From contig WELB01000029.1 in assembly GCA_009602725.1 (NCBI GenBank), positions 212,446 to 268,112 on the forward strand: 55,667 bases of DNA. Reading direction: 5' to 3'. The translations under genes were made by a program, and so were the position numbers. Shown here piece by piece: positions 26,101-52,537 of the stretch. The notes below the pieces were generated by a model, which had not been told where the DNA came from, searched no databases, and saw only the letters and a list, made by a program, of their open reading frames with translations. How positions within the stretch are numbered: the first letter of the stretch is position 1; every line of letters begins with the position of its first letter. Source of the stretch: Spirogloea muscicola. Taxonomy: Eukaryota.

Positions 26101-29100
26101 GAGACAGCTGAAGCTGCTGCTCAGCAGGCTGTGGATGCTCAGCAGGTCCAGTCTCAGGCACCGTTCATGTGATCAGCACCCAATGCAGTGCACGAGGGTG
26201 AATGTGAGAAGCTTGTACTTCCAGTGCCTCTACCGTCTGGCAGTGATGTGCATGAAGTGTGTCAGCTCTGATCTGTGAGTAGGATGGGGCACGTCTTGTA
26301 TGCAGGAGATTGGCGGCATGGCTAAGACAAAGGAGCTGCCACAGAAGGACAACGGCAAGCCTGGCTCTGCACTGTCCTTGGAAGAGGAGGAAGCATTGAA
26401 GCCAGTCTCCTTTCCTCAGGTTGCTGCGGAAGCGCTCTCAAAAGTGGTCAAGGAGGAAATCAAGCAGCCGCTTGAGCAGCCCATTGGTGACAGTGGACCA
26501 TCCAACACTCTGCAAGAAGGCGATGACGAGAAGACAAATGGGGCCTTAGACGCAAAGGCCAAAAAAGCTGAAGCTCCGAAAGAACCCGCTCCTGCTACCC
26601 AGAAGTCATCGACCAAGAGGTCTTCTCGTTACATGTCATCTTCATACTTCTCTGTGGACGATGGAGGAGAGTTTTCTCCAACGGTGGAGCCGCCAGCCAT
26701 AATATCAGCCATTAGGAAGAATCTGCCTAAGATTCTTCTCACAATTACTTTCATCCTAGCTGGGTGAGCAACTGAAGAGCAACACTGCCTTGTCATTGTC
26801 TTGATCCACAGATGTGACACAGTGCTTATAGGTGTCTCGAAGAGCCACAACTTTCCTCAGGCTTGATTATGACATGATGGAGAGTGCATGCGACAGGAAT
26901 GTGCTCCTTATGCCAATTTGTGCTTTGCAGAAGTACGGCATTCAACTCAAAGTATATCAGGCGACGATTCATGCAGCCTCAGGAGATTGGCACTGAAGTG
27001 CAGACCAACATGCGCCCTGTCATAGCTGAATTCAAGAAGCTTCCAAATCGGGTTCAGAGATTACTCGACAAACTACCCAAGCAAGAGGTATGCCAAGATT
27101 GTGGCTGCGGTAGTAAGGTTGCTGCTGTTTTTGCTGGACCAAGAAGCACGAAGATTCTCCTGAATTATAAGTATCTGCATTCCCATATGATGAACAAGTC
27201 TTCTACCATACCACCTGTATGTATAGCTGTACACAGCAGGGCCCAGATAAAGGATTGGTGTTTGTGCAGGTTAACGAGGAAGAAGCACAGCTCTTTGACG
27301 TTCTTTGGCTGCTCCTTGCAAGTGTCGTATTTGTGCCACTTTTTCAGAAACTTCCAGGAGGTACTGTTGAATGTCTTACAATCTGCAGACTACGCTGACA
27401 CTTGTGGTCTTCCAGGATGTCCAAGCTATTGAGCAATCGTATCCTCAGTGCGCACAGGCCTCCCCGCGTGGTCGACTGTGTGCATAATCGTCTACTGCCT
27501 GCTCTTAGGACGTGTATTGGGCTTGTGCAGGCAGTCCTGTGCTGGGCTACCTTGCAGCCGGCGTTCTAATAGGGCCTTACACTTTATCCATCATCAAGCA
27601 TGTCCATGGAACTAAAGCTCTCGCAGAATTTGGAGTTGTGTTTCTGATGTTCAACATTGGCCTTGAGGTACTTTTGGCATATAGGGAACACCTCTCGTCT
27701 GACATGCTAGTCTTCCTGGCCCACCAATTCAAGTACTGGTTTGCAGATTGGCAACGCTTGTGAAGTTACTAGCTAAGATTGTCATTTGACTTTCCTGCCA
27801 AGGAAGCAATTGGTGACATACCGCTGGTCGACCTTCCTATTTGATGACCTAGCTTTTCATGGATCTGTATGGGTTGTAGTTATCTCTTGAGAGGTTGCGG
27901 TCAATGAGGAAGTATGTATTCGGTCTTGGTTCAGCTCAGGTGAGCTTCTGCCCCTTTCAGAAGCTCGTCAAGTTATTCTTTCAATGACAAGAGGCTTGTG
28001 CAGATAGGAGCTTGAGTTGATTGTACACAGGTTGTGTTGTTACTGGCCTATTCAGACGTGAACATGACCACTGTCAGTGGTCTTTGTCAGACATTCATAA
28101 CAGCAGCTGTTATTGGTTGTATCGCCAACTTCTTGTGTGGCGTAAGTGGACCAGCTTCTATCGTGATTGGAAACGGCTTGGCCCTCTCCTCCACGGCAGT
28201 CGTGCTTCAGGTTGGACAAGAGCTCCAGTCTGCGGAGTGACATATGGCTCTATCATGCAAGCTTGTCGGTCACAATTGAGAGCTTTTCCAGATAAGCTCT
28301 TGAGCTTATGCTTATGTACCTCAGCGCCGTCAATGACGGCATCCGTACCCGTGGCTCTGTCTTGCGTCAAAATTGGTGGAGCAGACTCACTGCCCGTTTG
28401 TTCTGACTATATTACGCTACATACACTTGATAGGTACTGCAAGAGCGTGGAGAGAGCACATCTCGTCATGGTCGTGCAACTTTTTCTGTACTCCTCTTTC
28501 AGGTGAGCAAAGAGTTGTGCACTGCAGAGAATCTCTATTCAGAGACAATTCAACTTCAGATGCTACAGGAGGGTTTGGCAGCTCCGTTATGGACTTAGAC
28601 GGTGCTTCAAGCGGTTAGTCTGTGCTTGACTACAGACTCAGGATCTGGCTAGTGTTGCTCTACTTAAGTATTCAACTCCTATCTTCCCCTATGAGATTGG
28701 ATGGTAACTTCGAGGAGTTGATGTGTGCTTGATTACTGTTGCAGGATTTGGCTGTTGTTGTACTTCTTATTCTTATACCCCTTATCTCTCCTAGCTCGTC
28801 AAAAGGAGGGGTGAGATGCGTTGACCATTGGCAGCTTGAGCTTGAGCTTGAGCTTGAGCTGTTTTTCAGTTTCATTGCTAGGCCCGTTATGCTGGAGCTT
28901 TGACAAGACATACTGGCTGAATGCTTTACTGTTAGTGTCAAATACTCCTCGAAAGACTGGCAATGCACACCTCACGCCGTCTGCTAATTTATTTTAACTT
29001 GCCTAATGCTTCGTATTGCCTGTGACCGTTGGCAGGTGGGGTTCCATGCTATAGCAGAGGCACTCGGTATTGCAGCCGTCAAGGCTGTTGTAGCTATTGC

Positions 29101-32100
29101 AGGCATCATAGCTGGTGGTCGGCTAGTAAGTTGCTGCCTCAAGCTTGCTTCACCTGAAGCTCATAGAAACTCTACATGTCTTGTGTGTTTGTACCTGAAA
29201 ATGGACTATAGAATTCTGAAGTCCTCCAACTGCCACTTCTTGCCTCCTCAATGATGCCCAGGAGGCATTTGGCCATGCTCTTTGAGGTCATGATCTAGCC
29301 TCACAAGTGCAGACTTGAGTCAGCAGCTTCTTAGTCTGCAACCTGCTGATTGCATCATGATCGCTCCCCTCACATTGCAGCTTCTCAGACCGGTCTACAA
29401 ACAAATGGCTGAGAATCACAACGCAGAGATCTTTGCGGCAAATACATTGCTGGTTGTACTTGGGACAAGTGTCCTCACAGCTAGGGTATGCTGTCGATGC
29501 GCTTTGAAAGGACAAAATACAACACCGTTGCACATCGTAATTGGTTAATATTGCCGTGGCTTGTTCTTAGCTGCCTCACCATCTGACATTGATTCCGTGG
29601 TGCTTTGCTGAGAAGTCTTACATTGTTTCATGATTCTTTTCTCATGTTGGCCTTTGACTGTGTATGTCCTGAGTGACAGGCAGGTCTGTCTATGGCCCTG
29701 GGAGCATTTCTCGCTGGTTTGCTTCTAGCGGAAACAGAATTTGCTCTTCAGGTCGAAGCTGACATTAATGCCTACAGGGGCCTTCTTTTGGGGCTCTTTT
29801 TCATGACGGTAAGTTGCATCTGCATTCATACAGCCTAACAAAACAGAGGATTTGTCGCAGAACCTTAGCTAGCTGCAATGGATGCAGAGGACAGTGGTCT
29901 GTTGTGAGCTTTGTCTGGGCTTGAGCCTTATAAATAAGGCTGCGAGTCAACTCAAGGCTTGGTGTTCAAGCATTTGCTGGTTTCCCTCTGGCACATCATC
30001 TTGTAAGCTTCTTGTGACACGGAGATTTGCAAGTTGGACAAGAGTGCACAGCAGACTAAGGGTTGCCATCCTCTCTGGTGTCAGGTTGGCATGTCGATCG
30101 ATCCACAGCTGCTTGTGGCCAAGTTCTCTGTCATCCTGACATCCATAGCGATGCTCATCGTGGGCAAGACGTTGCTTGTGGCCTCAATAGGCCGAGCTTT
30201 TGGGATGGGGCCCATCGCGGCTGTCAGGGCAGGGCTCCTCCTTGCGCCTGGGGGAGAGTTCGCTTTCGTTGCCTTCGGTGAAGCTGTCAATCAGGTCACT
30301 CATACTTCCCTATCCCTGCTCAGCTTCTCGCCTGTGGACTCAGCCTTTGAGGCCAGTAGCATTATCCTTTTGCAAGTGCAGCATCCCCTGTGAGTCCTAC
30401 TTTCAGGTACTGCAAGATCCTCGGGACTGTAACAATGGCATAATGATGGGCTTGGCTTGTGCTTAATGGCCGTGCATTCTTGTTCCATGTGTCTATTTGA
30501 CAGGGTATCATGAACACGCAGTTGTCGTCGCTGCTTTTCTTGATCGTCGGCATTTCCATGGCCATCACGCCCTGGCTGGCCGCTGGTGGTCAGGCCCTGG
30601 CGTCCAGATTTGAGCAACACGATGTGCGAAGCCTGCTGCCAGTGGAGACTGAGGTAAACTTACGCGATAGAAATTTGCTGCAAGTCCAGCCACTCACCAG
30701 CCACTTCTTGGGCTGCTTGGACAACCTTCTTATATAAGCAGCACCATGAGTGAGCTTTGGACTTAATAGTAGAAAGTGATTACTGCTAAGCCTGCATCCT
30801 TTGCCAACTCTGCCCAAGGCTTTTAAGACTTCTACGGAAGCTACCATACAGCTACTTAAGCCCTTGGTGAAGGGTTGCATGCTTATGCTTCGAGGCCTAC
30901 TGCGCTTCAAATAATTTTCCCTAATGTGTTGCGAACCAGACTGACGATCTACAAGGCCACATCATCATCTGTGGTTTCGGTCGCATTGGCCAGGTGCAGG
31001 CCAGTGGTCCCGTGATCTTTGCCACTCTTCTTGTGCTCATGCTGGACTATTGATAAAAATGCCTATCTTAGTGAGCTCTTGTAGATGCTGTTGCAATTTT
31101 CATAAGCAGGCCAAGTTCAGAGCAGGCTGACTGATCACCTGGTCATTGGTCTATGCAGATCATTGCCCAGCTTCTCTCTGAGAGGCTCATTCCTTTTGTT
31201 GCACTGGATGTCCGCACGTACGTCCTTCCAGCAGATGTCTAATTCCTGACAGGCATTCAAGCTGAGCTGCCATACTAGCTCGATTGCTTGGTGGTTGCGC
31301 TGGCCAAATTCGCCAAGGAAGATTCTGTTGCTGCTGTGCCTCAGTTGGAAGGCCTGACATGTTGAGTGTCCATGGCACTCAGGGATCGTGTGACAGCAGG
31401 AAGAGCCTTAGATCTGCCCGTCTACTTTGGTGATGCCGGCAGTAAGGATGTAAGGCATCTAGCATTCTTCTGAAGTCAGCTTGGTCATTGATGGCATGCC
31501 TTCCTCTTTGCAGTTCTCACAAGAGAGTAGGCTTGAGAAGGATAGCTGGTAGCATGTCCTTGGAGGCTGAATTGCTAGTCAAATATTCCTAGTTATATTA
31601 CATGAACTATCCCTGTGGCACCGTTTAATAATCAGCATTCTGCATTGTGCAGGTTCTTCACAAAGTGGGTGCAGCAAGAGCTGCTGCGGCAGTGATCACG
31701 CTGGACACGCCTGGCGCTAACTACCGGACTGTGTGGGCGCTCAGCAAGAACTTTCCCAACGTCAAAACCTTTGTGCGTGCCCACGACGTCGACCATGGCA
31801 TCAACTTGGAGAAGGCTGGCGCCACGGCAGTGAGTAGCAAGCACTACTTGCTCTAATAGCCTGTCAAGACACGTACAATTTAATTGCTACTTACAACGTG
31901 CCATTCTGGAGGGCATGATGACATGGTGTTGACTCACAAGGCACCTGATGGATACCTGCAGGTGGTGCCTGAGACGTTGGAGCCGAGCCTTCAGCTCGCG
32001 GCGGCTGTACTTGCACAGGTGCTAATTTTGCAAGGGGCATGATTAAGGCCCTTAATGCTGACCTGCGCTCTGTGCTGATTTGTGAGGACTAGGCTAACTG

Positions 32101-32592
32101 TATAAGTGCCACAAACACCGAGATACTTACGCTTGTCTCTGGTGTGACCAGGCCAAGCTTCCTGCAGCAGAGATTGCAGCCACCATTGATGACTTCCGAA
32201 CGCGCCACCTCTCGGAGCTTGCAGAGGTAATACATGCTGTGGACATTATTCGTTAAGTATAATGCTCCTGCTGTGGAATTGCAGCAAATTGTACTGCTTC
32301 TTTCACTGCATCATTGCATGCATGCATCTGGAAAGTGCTTCTCAAGCGCTTTACTGATTTGCAGAGTGTACTGCGCTGCTACTATTGCCCCGTTGACTGT
32401 GAGGCACCCTCCGTGCAGCTCTCGTCCGCGAGCGGAACCTCGCTGGGCTACGGCTTCTCCAAGATTTTGGCAAAGCCCAAGCCACTAGTGGAGGGCATGC
32501 TTGGGAAGACTACCAAGATCGAGGACAATGGCGGTGCGTCTGACAGGAAGCCTGAGGGTGGCATGCCGGCGGTGCCGGCATTCTCATCTTGA
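23112..32592 (+). CDS. KEA: Chloroplast envelope K+ efflux antiporter, KEA1/KEA2 type (transit peptide, long coiled-coil N-terminus, CPA2 membrane domain, KTN/TrkA-N domain)
   Basis: Coiled-coil [46 protein letters not shown]2 motifs [63 protein letters not shown] motifs [39 protein letters not shown]. Ends [14 protein letters not shown]...PAFSS* at 32592. Start ambiguous (ATG 23112 with a short intron, or ATG 23164). Confidence 0.95.
28834..28860. repeat. (GAGCTT)n microsatellite in a KEA intron
   Basis: About 4.5 tandem copies of GCTTGA. Confidence 0.85.
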
Positions 32593-32871
32593 GCAGCGGC
32601 AGGTTGAGGCAAGAGCAGCCCCCTCAGAACATTCTGTTTGCTCATTTTTTGTGGGGTGGGTCACTGACATACCGGATCATGCGCACCAAGCTGCGGGCCT
32701 GAGACTCTGGCTCTGGGTCAAGGCTCAAAGCCAAGCGTAAGACCTTCATTTACACCTTGGAAGGGCCTGCCCCTTAATCTCATCTCCCACTTGCGGGAGG
32801 ACAAGGCTGTATACGTTATTGCTTGCAGGCACACAGTCTAGCACCACACTGTTACTGCAGACAGTGGTTAC

Positions 32872-32902
32872 GGTATCTGGTATACCAGATACCATATGGT
32901 AT
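32872..32902. repeat. Compound perfect palindrome between the convergent KEA and NAGS 3' ends
   Basis: GGTATCTGGTA|TACCAGATACC (32872-32893) overlaps ATACCAT|ATGGTAT (32889-32902). Confidence 0.9.
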
Positions 32903-33615
32903 GGGGGCTTAGCTGCGGAAAGTTTGGCAAGCCAATATGGATAGAGCTGTGGAGGAGGACGGCAGTGTGTACCAAGTCAATGATCTGCACAAGATAAATG
33001 CGCAGCTATTCAACCATATGCAAGCAATTTATAACCAACTTGAATTGACCGGGTGCTTAGGACACCTTCGCTGCCAAGCATCAATGGCCCCATCTACCCG
33101 AAGGTGCGGCCTCCTCAGGTTCTTGAGGGCTCCACGGGCACGTGTTTGCAGAATGCCATGATAAGACATGTGTTTGCAAAATGTCATGATAAGACTGATT
33201 GCAACTCCTCTGTGTCTCTAAGCAGGGAAAGTAGCTCTGAGCAGAGTACTTGCCGAGATGTGTCCACGATGCCTGCAGCTCTTCACTGAGCTCCCTCAGT
33301 GACCTGATGTTCTTGGGTGTCAGCTGCCCTTCACGGGCCTTACTGCTTAGTTGCCTGTGAAGGCATCCACTGATCAGGGTGGGCAATACACGAGTTGGAC
33401 AGTCATGCCGTACTTGAGATTACAGGTATGTGGAAGAAAAGTTGATGAGGGAGTCAATGTCCTAAACAATGCCGAGAAGAAGCTAGCAATTGTGGTAGCT
33501 TACTGTCTGCTGGCAAGGTGTACACAATCTTAACAGGTCTGGACAGTAAGGTAATAAAAGAATGTCAGTGGAGGTAATTGCTCAGTGTCAAGGAGCACAA
33601 AGCGCTCCTCGAATG

Positions 33616-36600
33616 TCACGACGGTGTCCCAGTAAATTCGCTGTGGAGCTGCTTCATGAAGTACTTGGAGCCGCGCTTTGGATTGATTCGCTTGCAACGT
33701 TCCTCAGGGATGATGCCACAACTATCGCACTGCTCAAAGCCCCGCTGCTTAAACCTGCCCATTACTTTTCCATGAAAGCATTACACTCCAGTTGTACGAC
33801 AAAGAAACAGTCTAGTACAAGCTTCAAGGGTCCAAGGTGCGCCGATCTCTTGCATTGACTATTGCTTCATGGTCTGAGACAAAAAGTTACAAGGTGTAGA
33901 TAAAGCCTAGACTCCTGGGCTCACCAGTCGGCTGTGCGAGTTGTGAGCAGGAAAAGGTGGTCCAGACCCACAGCGATGGCCTTCTTTTCAAGGTAATCTG
34001 TGTAGAAAAGGGTCCAGAATATGACGTGACGAGCTGGTCAGCTATTTGCTGCATCACAGACTACTGGCATTAGCAAAGATGGTGACATGAATTGCAGGAA
34101 GAAGTGCAGTATCTACAAAGGCACTTAATGGGACAACTTGGTGCTCCGAGGCTCCGAGGACAGGGCGCAGACGACAAGTACCAAGAAGGGTGTCGCCGAG
34201 GCCCTGGCCGCGGCACTCCGGGGAGACGGCAAATGCAGCCACCTCTGCGCACTTGTGGTCTTCATACGGTAGCAGGGCCGCACAGGCAACGATGTGACCC
34301 TCCCTTTCGACAACAGTGAAGCCGTTGAGCTCCCGCATGATCTGCACCCAGCAAGATGGGGGTCAGAGGAGTAGTCCAGCAAAGCAAGCCAACTTGCAAG
34401 CACCAATTGCTGTGTGAGGGGGTCTACAGGAGGCATAGGTCCATCTCTTGGTGACATATAGGTGATTAATGCTGTAGACATCCATCAAATTGGAATGTTG
34501 TGTGACCCTGATCGAACAAGCACGTGACATGTGTGCGATAAATCATCAAAACTGCCAGCCTGTGAGCAGGTTTGCCGCCAGCATGGACGGGGGCCTTATC
34601 ATGTGTCTACAAGTCAAGGTTAAGAATCATGTCTACGAAATACAATAGCTCCAGATAAAACTTAAAATAAGTCTCAGAAGACATTATTAAGTACTGCCTC
34701 CATGCACCCCACCAGGAGGGTGAAACGGAGGATAACCAAAAAAGCCCGTGCACAGTGATGCTGCACAGCAATGTGGGCATGTGTCTAAGGCACTCCTGCT
34801 ATATGCCTTTCGGTCATGCCAGGCACCTGGGCTACAACCAGGAGTGGACTCAACGTTCCACTAAGCTGCAGCCAGGATGCGGGCTAAGACCTGTTCCTTG
34901 GGCCGGTGGACAAGGACGCCCTCCTCCTCCAGCGGCTTCAAGAGCGCACTGATCCCAGAGACGTCTCGCGCCCGTGCCGGTCGCACGCCCTCGTACGAAT
35001 CACTGGAGGCCAGAATGCGGAAATCATGTCTTAAATGTCGAAATCTTAAGATGAAGGACAGCCATTGTAGTCAATTGCAGGTAAGCCTTCCACAGAATGC
35101 TAATGTTAAGTGATGCTGCGGTGAATATCAAGGGTAGGTGTATCTTCACTAGCTGATAACAATGGCAACTGAGAGCTAGGAAATGTAGTACCTTGACACC
35201 ATGCAGCCAGAACCATCCCGCGTGTAGAGTTCCAGAAGGAGGACACCCTCCACGTTGCTGTCTAGGAGGTGCACCCTCCTGACGCCATTCTGGAGAAGTT
35301 GGCCAAAGGAGGACACCATCAAGAAGGCAATCCAGCTGTCATAACATACCAAGCTCCACACCACAACAGCTTTATACCCCAGTGTTACAGTCGGGTTCCA
35401 AGACTTTAATTCCTAGCATACATAAGCTGGTACTGACTGGCTTGCACTAGAAAGCTACCACATGACTCTGCTGTGGTCTCAGCAGTGGACTTTGAAAAGT
35501 CTCACTGTATATTGCGGAGCTTTGATTGCTCAAGTGTAGCCAGTTGCCAGGTATATTCAATTATAGGCAGGGATGCATGTCTTACTCTGCAGGCAAAGAC
35601 GGCGGCGGCCATCTCTGAAAGGTACCCAAAGGTGCGGTCGTACCGCTCCTCGCCTCCGACCGCAATCCCCCGCCTCGGCAACGGCCTGCAAGGCTTGCCG
35701 TTGCCCTCCTGGTGGTGGTGCTTCTCGTCGTCCGAGCGGCTGCCGCTCTCCCCGGCCCAGAAGCTCCGGCCATTGCCATGGAAGCGAATGTGGTCCACGC
35801 CGTTGCTGCCGCTGCTCCACTGAGAGGCCGCCTGCTGCTCGTGAGGGCCACTGAGTGCCTTGCTGCTGAGCCCGAGGCTCCTCAGGTAGTCCGCTCCGGC
35901 TGCGGCCTTCACGTAATCAGCAGCTGCAACAGCCGCCAGAGATGATAACTTTTAACCATGCTATATCACACTCTGACATGCACCACTTCAATCACAACAG
36001 GAGAGGTGGTGGAGGACCAGCGGAGAGCTCACCAACATACGACTGCGAGGCGCGGGCCCGGATAAGCTGGTCCGCCTCGTGCAGGGTCATCCAGCGCAGG
36101 AGGCGCTTGCGCTCGTCCAGCATGGGGCCATCCAGGAGGCAGATGAGCTTGTCCGCTCCCAGCGCCACAGCGCACGCCGTCGCAACCTCGTAAGTGCTGT
36201 TGGGAAGTGATAGTGTGTATCGTCAACGATCTGTGCTAAGCCAGACAATCAAGTACGGGCCGGCAGAGTGGCATCCAGAATGAAAAGATGATTACACTGA
36301 CTAAAGCACATTCACACTGGCGGTGATTTTGAGAACACAATATTGGCGGTTACCTTTTAACTGATCTTGATGACAAGGCTGTTATTCTTGAGCTGCCAGA
36401 TACTTACTTGCAGTTGAGCACCTCTCCAGTGGCAGAGTACCCAAGGTTGGACAGCATGACGATGCAATTATTATCAAGCCGCTCGCGAATGCGGGCCACA
36501 TCCACCTTCTTGACTTCGCCGGTTGCACCAAAATCGACCCCGTCCACCACACCTTTCCTCTGCACACCAGCCCAGAAGCTGCTAACAGCGTCACTTTGGC

Positions 36601-38075
36601 TCAGCAAGATACCAGGAGCTTGGGAAGGTATAGGTCAATAGAACTGCTGCCATGTAACAAGCTTGTGATTGTGCATAGTTTCACATGCATCGTGCTGACA
36701 TTCATACAAATTTCTGCGATCTGCATGTCTTGAATCCACAGGCCTTAGACCTTACTATGCCCACAAAGCATGGAGCTTTGTGCTCCTCTGAGTACCAGGT
36801 GCTCAAGCAAGCACCTTGGCAGCCACGTAGTTGCCGCTGGTAATGCTAACGCCGACCTCGTGCCACCGGTCACTCTCGCCGTGCCTCCGCAGAACCGGGA
36901 TGGAGGGCCCACGCGACAGGCGGGCCTCCATGTCAATGCGGATCCTGCCGGCGCACTCCATGGCCGCCTCCAGGGCCTCGTCGTCCGTTATCCTGTATGC
37001 GCCATGTGATCTCGACTCAACTCCTTTCTCCTGGAATCAGCACACAGTAGCGACCAACTCATGAGATTCAGCGCGATCCTATCTCCAAGTCGCAGTGGAC
37101 CTCTTTGCAAATGTCCAGCTACTCACCTTGCTACTGAGGAAGAACACTTTGATCTGCTAGAGCAATGCAGGGATGCTACATGGGCGCCAGGCAACGAGCA
37201 ATGTAGCGGGTATGAATGACACTGAAAGCTTGCGTGCATTGTCGTTGGTCTACATAATCTGCATGAGGATTCATCATGCAGATTCCACTTGATTTTGACA
37301 TCTACTGAGCAAAGCTTCCTGCTACTAGGTTTCATCCGTTTTCTTCAATGTACTGCTGTAGAAGGGAGGAGCTGCCAAGCCTTATCCCAGAGGTACTGAC
37401 ATAGAACGGGGATAATGCTTGCCTGCAGCAATTCGTCAATCTGCAGATGAGCGCCCGGCACGAGGACAATCTTGATGCCAAGGCCGTGCAGGAGCGCAAC
37501 GTCCTGCAGGCGGAAGAGGCACCGAGGCAGCCGGCATGAGCTTCAATTAGCAGCCGCAGAAAGAGCTCCTCAGTGCAATTGAATGGCAGCATCTACTACA
37601 TTACAGATGCTCACGGCAGCACAATTACATCCGCTGAGGCTTGCAAGACAGCAGTCTAGAATCAATTATCGTCATATTGTTGTCTACTTCTGGTGTGTTA
37701 TCATTGATATCAGCTTATGACTTGATTGCTATGTAATCAGCAACAGAACTACAGAGTCTCTGTTTCCATGTCCAGCCACAGGTAAGCACCATCAGTGAGC
37801 GACGGACCTGAAGTATCCTGTCCGTTAGGTGGCGGTCCGCGGCGACCTCGCCGGGGATGACCAGCACGAGTGTGCTGCCGCGGTGGCCCTGGATGTACGG
37901 CCACGCCTGCCGGAACCAGAGCACGAAGTCGAACTGACGAGCGTCCGCCCCTGCGGCGGTCTCGGCGGACTGCCATGTCCGCGGCTTGATGGACTGCGAC
38001 GCCGCGGCCAGCTGCCGCTGCTGGCGCCGCCGCCTGATGCCGCCGCCGCCGCCGCCGCCGCCGCCTTTGCTGCCG
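33616..38075 (-). CDS. NAGS: Amino-acid N-acetyltransferase / N-acetylglutamate synthase, ArgA type (start probably in the gap)
   Basis: FVLWFRQAWPYIQGHRGSTLVLVIPGE, YRITDDEALEAAME, GVVDGVDFGATGEVKKVD, LSNLGYSATGEVLNCNTYEVAT, GYLSEMAAAVFACR, GVRRVHLLDSNVEGVLLLELYTRDGSG. GNAT domain CAEVAAFAVSPECRGQGLGDTLL and LFLLTTRTADW. Ends FKQRGF..SKYFMKQL..TPS* (TGA 33618-33616). Confidence 0.96.
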
Positions 38076-38616
38076 NNNNNNNNNNNNNNNNNNNNNNNNN
38101 NNNNNNNNNNNNNNNNNNNNNNNNNNNNNNNNNNNNNNNNNNNNNNNNNNNNNNNNNNNNNNNNNNNNNNNNNNNNNNNNNNNNNNNNNNNNNNNNNNNN
38201 NNNNNNNNNNNNNNNNNNNNNNNNNNNNNNNNNNNNNNNNNNNNNNNNNNNNNNNNNNNNNNNNNNNNNNNNNNNNNNNNNNNNNNNNNNNNNNNNNNNN
38301 NNNNNNNNNNNNNNNNNNNNNNNNNNNNNNNNNNNNNNNNNNNNNNNNNNNNNNNNNNNNNNNNNNNNNNNNNNNNNNNNNNNNNNNNNNNNNNNNNNNN
38401 NNNNNNNNNNNNNNNNNNNNNNNNNNNNNNNNNNNNNNNNNNNNNNNNNNNNNNNNNNNNNNNNNNNNNNNNNNNNNNNNNNNNNNNNNNNNNNNNNNNN
38501 NNNNNNNNNNNNNNNNNNNNNNNNNNNNNNNNNNNNNNNNNNNNNNNNNNNNNNNNNNNNNNNNNNNNNNNNNNNNNNNNNNNNNNNNNNNNNNNNNNNN
38601 NNNNNNNNNNNNNNNN
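38076..38616. other. Assembly gap (N run) over the NAGS 5' end
   Basis: Run of N. Confidence 1.
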
Positions 38617-38658
38617 GCCCGCCCACCCCCCCCCCTTCCCGTCCATCCGCCTAATCCG

Positions 38659-38818
38659 ACGTGGCGTATGGACGCCGAGGTGCAGGTGCCCATGACATTC
38701 CAGATCCTCTTCCTTCCCTGCACCAATAAGGGCGACCAGCCACGACACCCTGGCGGCCTTCGAGGATCTCTCAAGGCTGGGGCAGCTTTTGCCGACGTGG
38801 AGTGTGTTTCCACGTGGC
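38659..38818. promoter_or_regulatory. Cluster of ABRE/G-box motifs in the shared NAGS-GLT1 upstream region
   Basis: ACGTGGC 38659, ACGTGG 38795, CACGTGGC 38811, CCAAT 38723. Motif match only. Confidence 0.4.
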
Positions 38819-39406
38819 ATCTGCGGGGCCCTGATCCGCATGCACGGGGGGGGGCCCACGGGGAAGGACCGCGCCGCCACTCCCCGCCGGCGCCGCCACC
38901 GTCACGGCCGGGGGATTTCTTCACCGATTCGGCCAGCCTCCCGAAAGCGGAGCCGCAGAGCGTCGTCGGCTTACGCGCTCTTCCTGCAACTCGGGCTCCT
39001 AAATCAACCCGCAGGAGCTTTAGTCCCCGGTGACGGGCGAGCTGACGGGCGCCGTCAGAAGCGCCCCCCTTCCTTCCCATCCCCCCGCGGATATTTGCCG
39101 ACCCGCCCCCTCTCATCACCCTCGGCCAGCCACCGCCGCCGCCGCCTCCGCCGCCGCCGCCGCCGCCACCTTCGCCGCCGCCGCCGCGGCCTCGCCGCCG
39201 CCGTCGCCGGCGCCGCCGCCGTTGCTCTCCAGCTGCGCCTGGCGGCGCTGCTGCAGCATCCACCACCTCCTTCTGTGCCCATTTGCCCCACACCTCGTTG
39301 CCGGAGAGGAGCGAGGGAGGCCGGGGACTGTGATAGGGGGAGGGGGCCGTGGGGGGGCCTGTGGCGAGCGTGGAGCCCGGAGCGAGGCTCTCGCGGCGCC
39401 GAGGGA

Positions 39407-52537
<13,131 letters not shown>

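Noticed and set aside
35590..35912. Long insertion inside the NAGS kinase-like domain
   Set aside because: Land-plant NAGS have an insertion at this place with similar flanks (AADYVKA...AVGGEER..GYLSE), so it is not novel.
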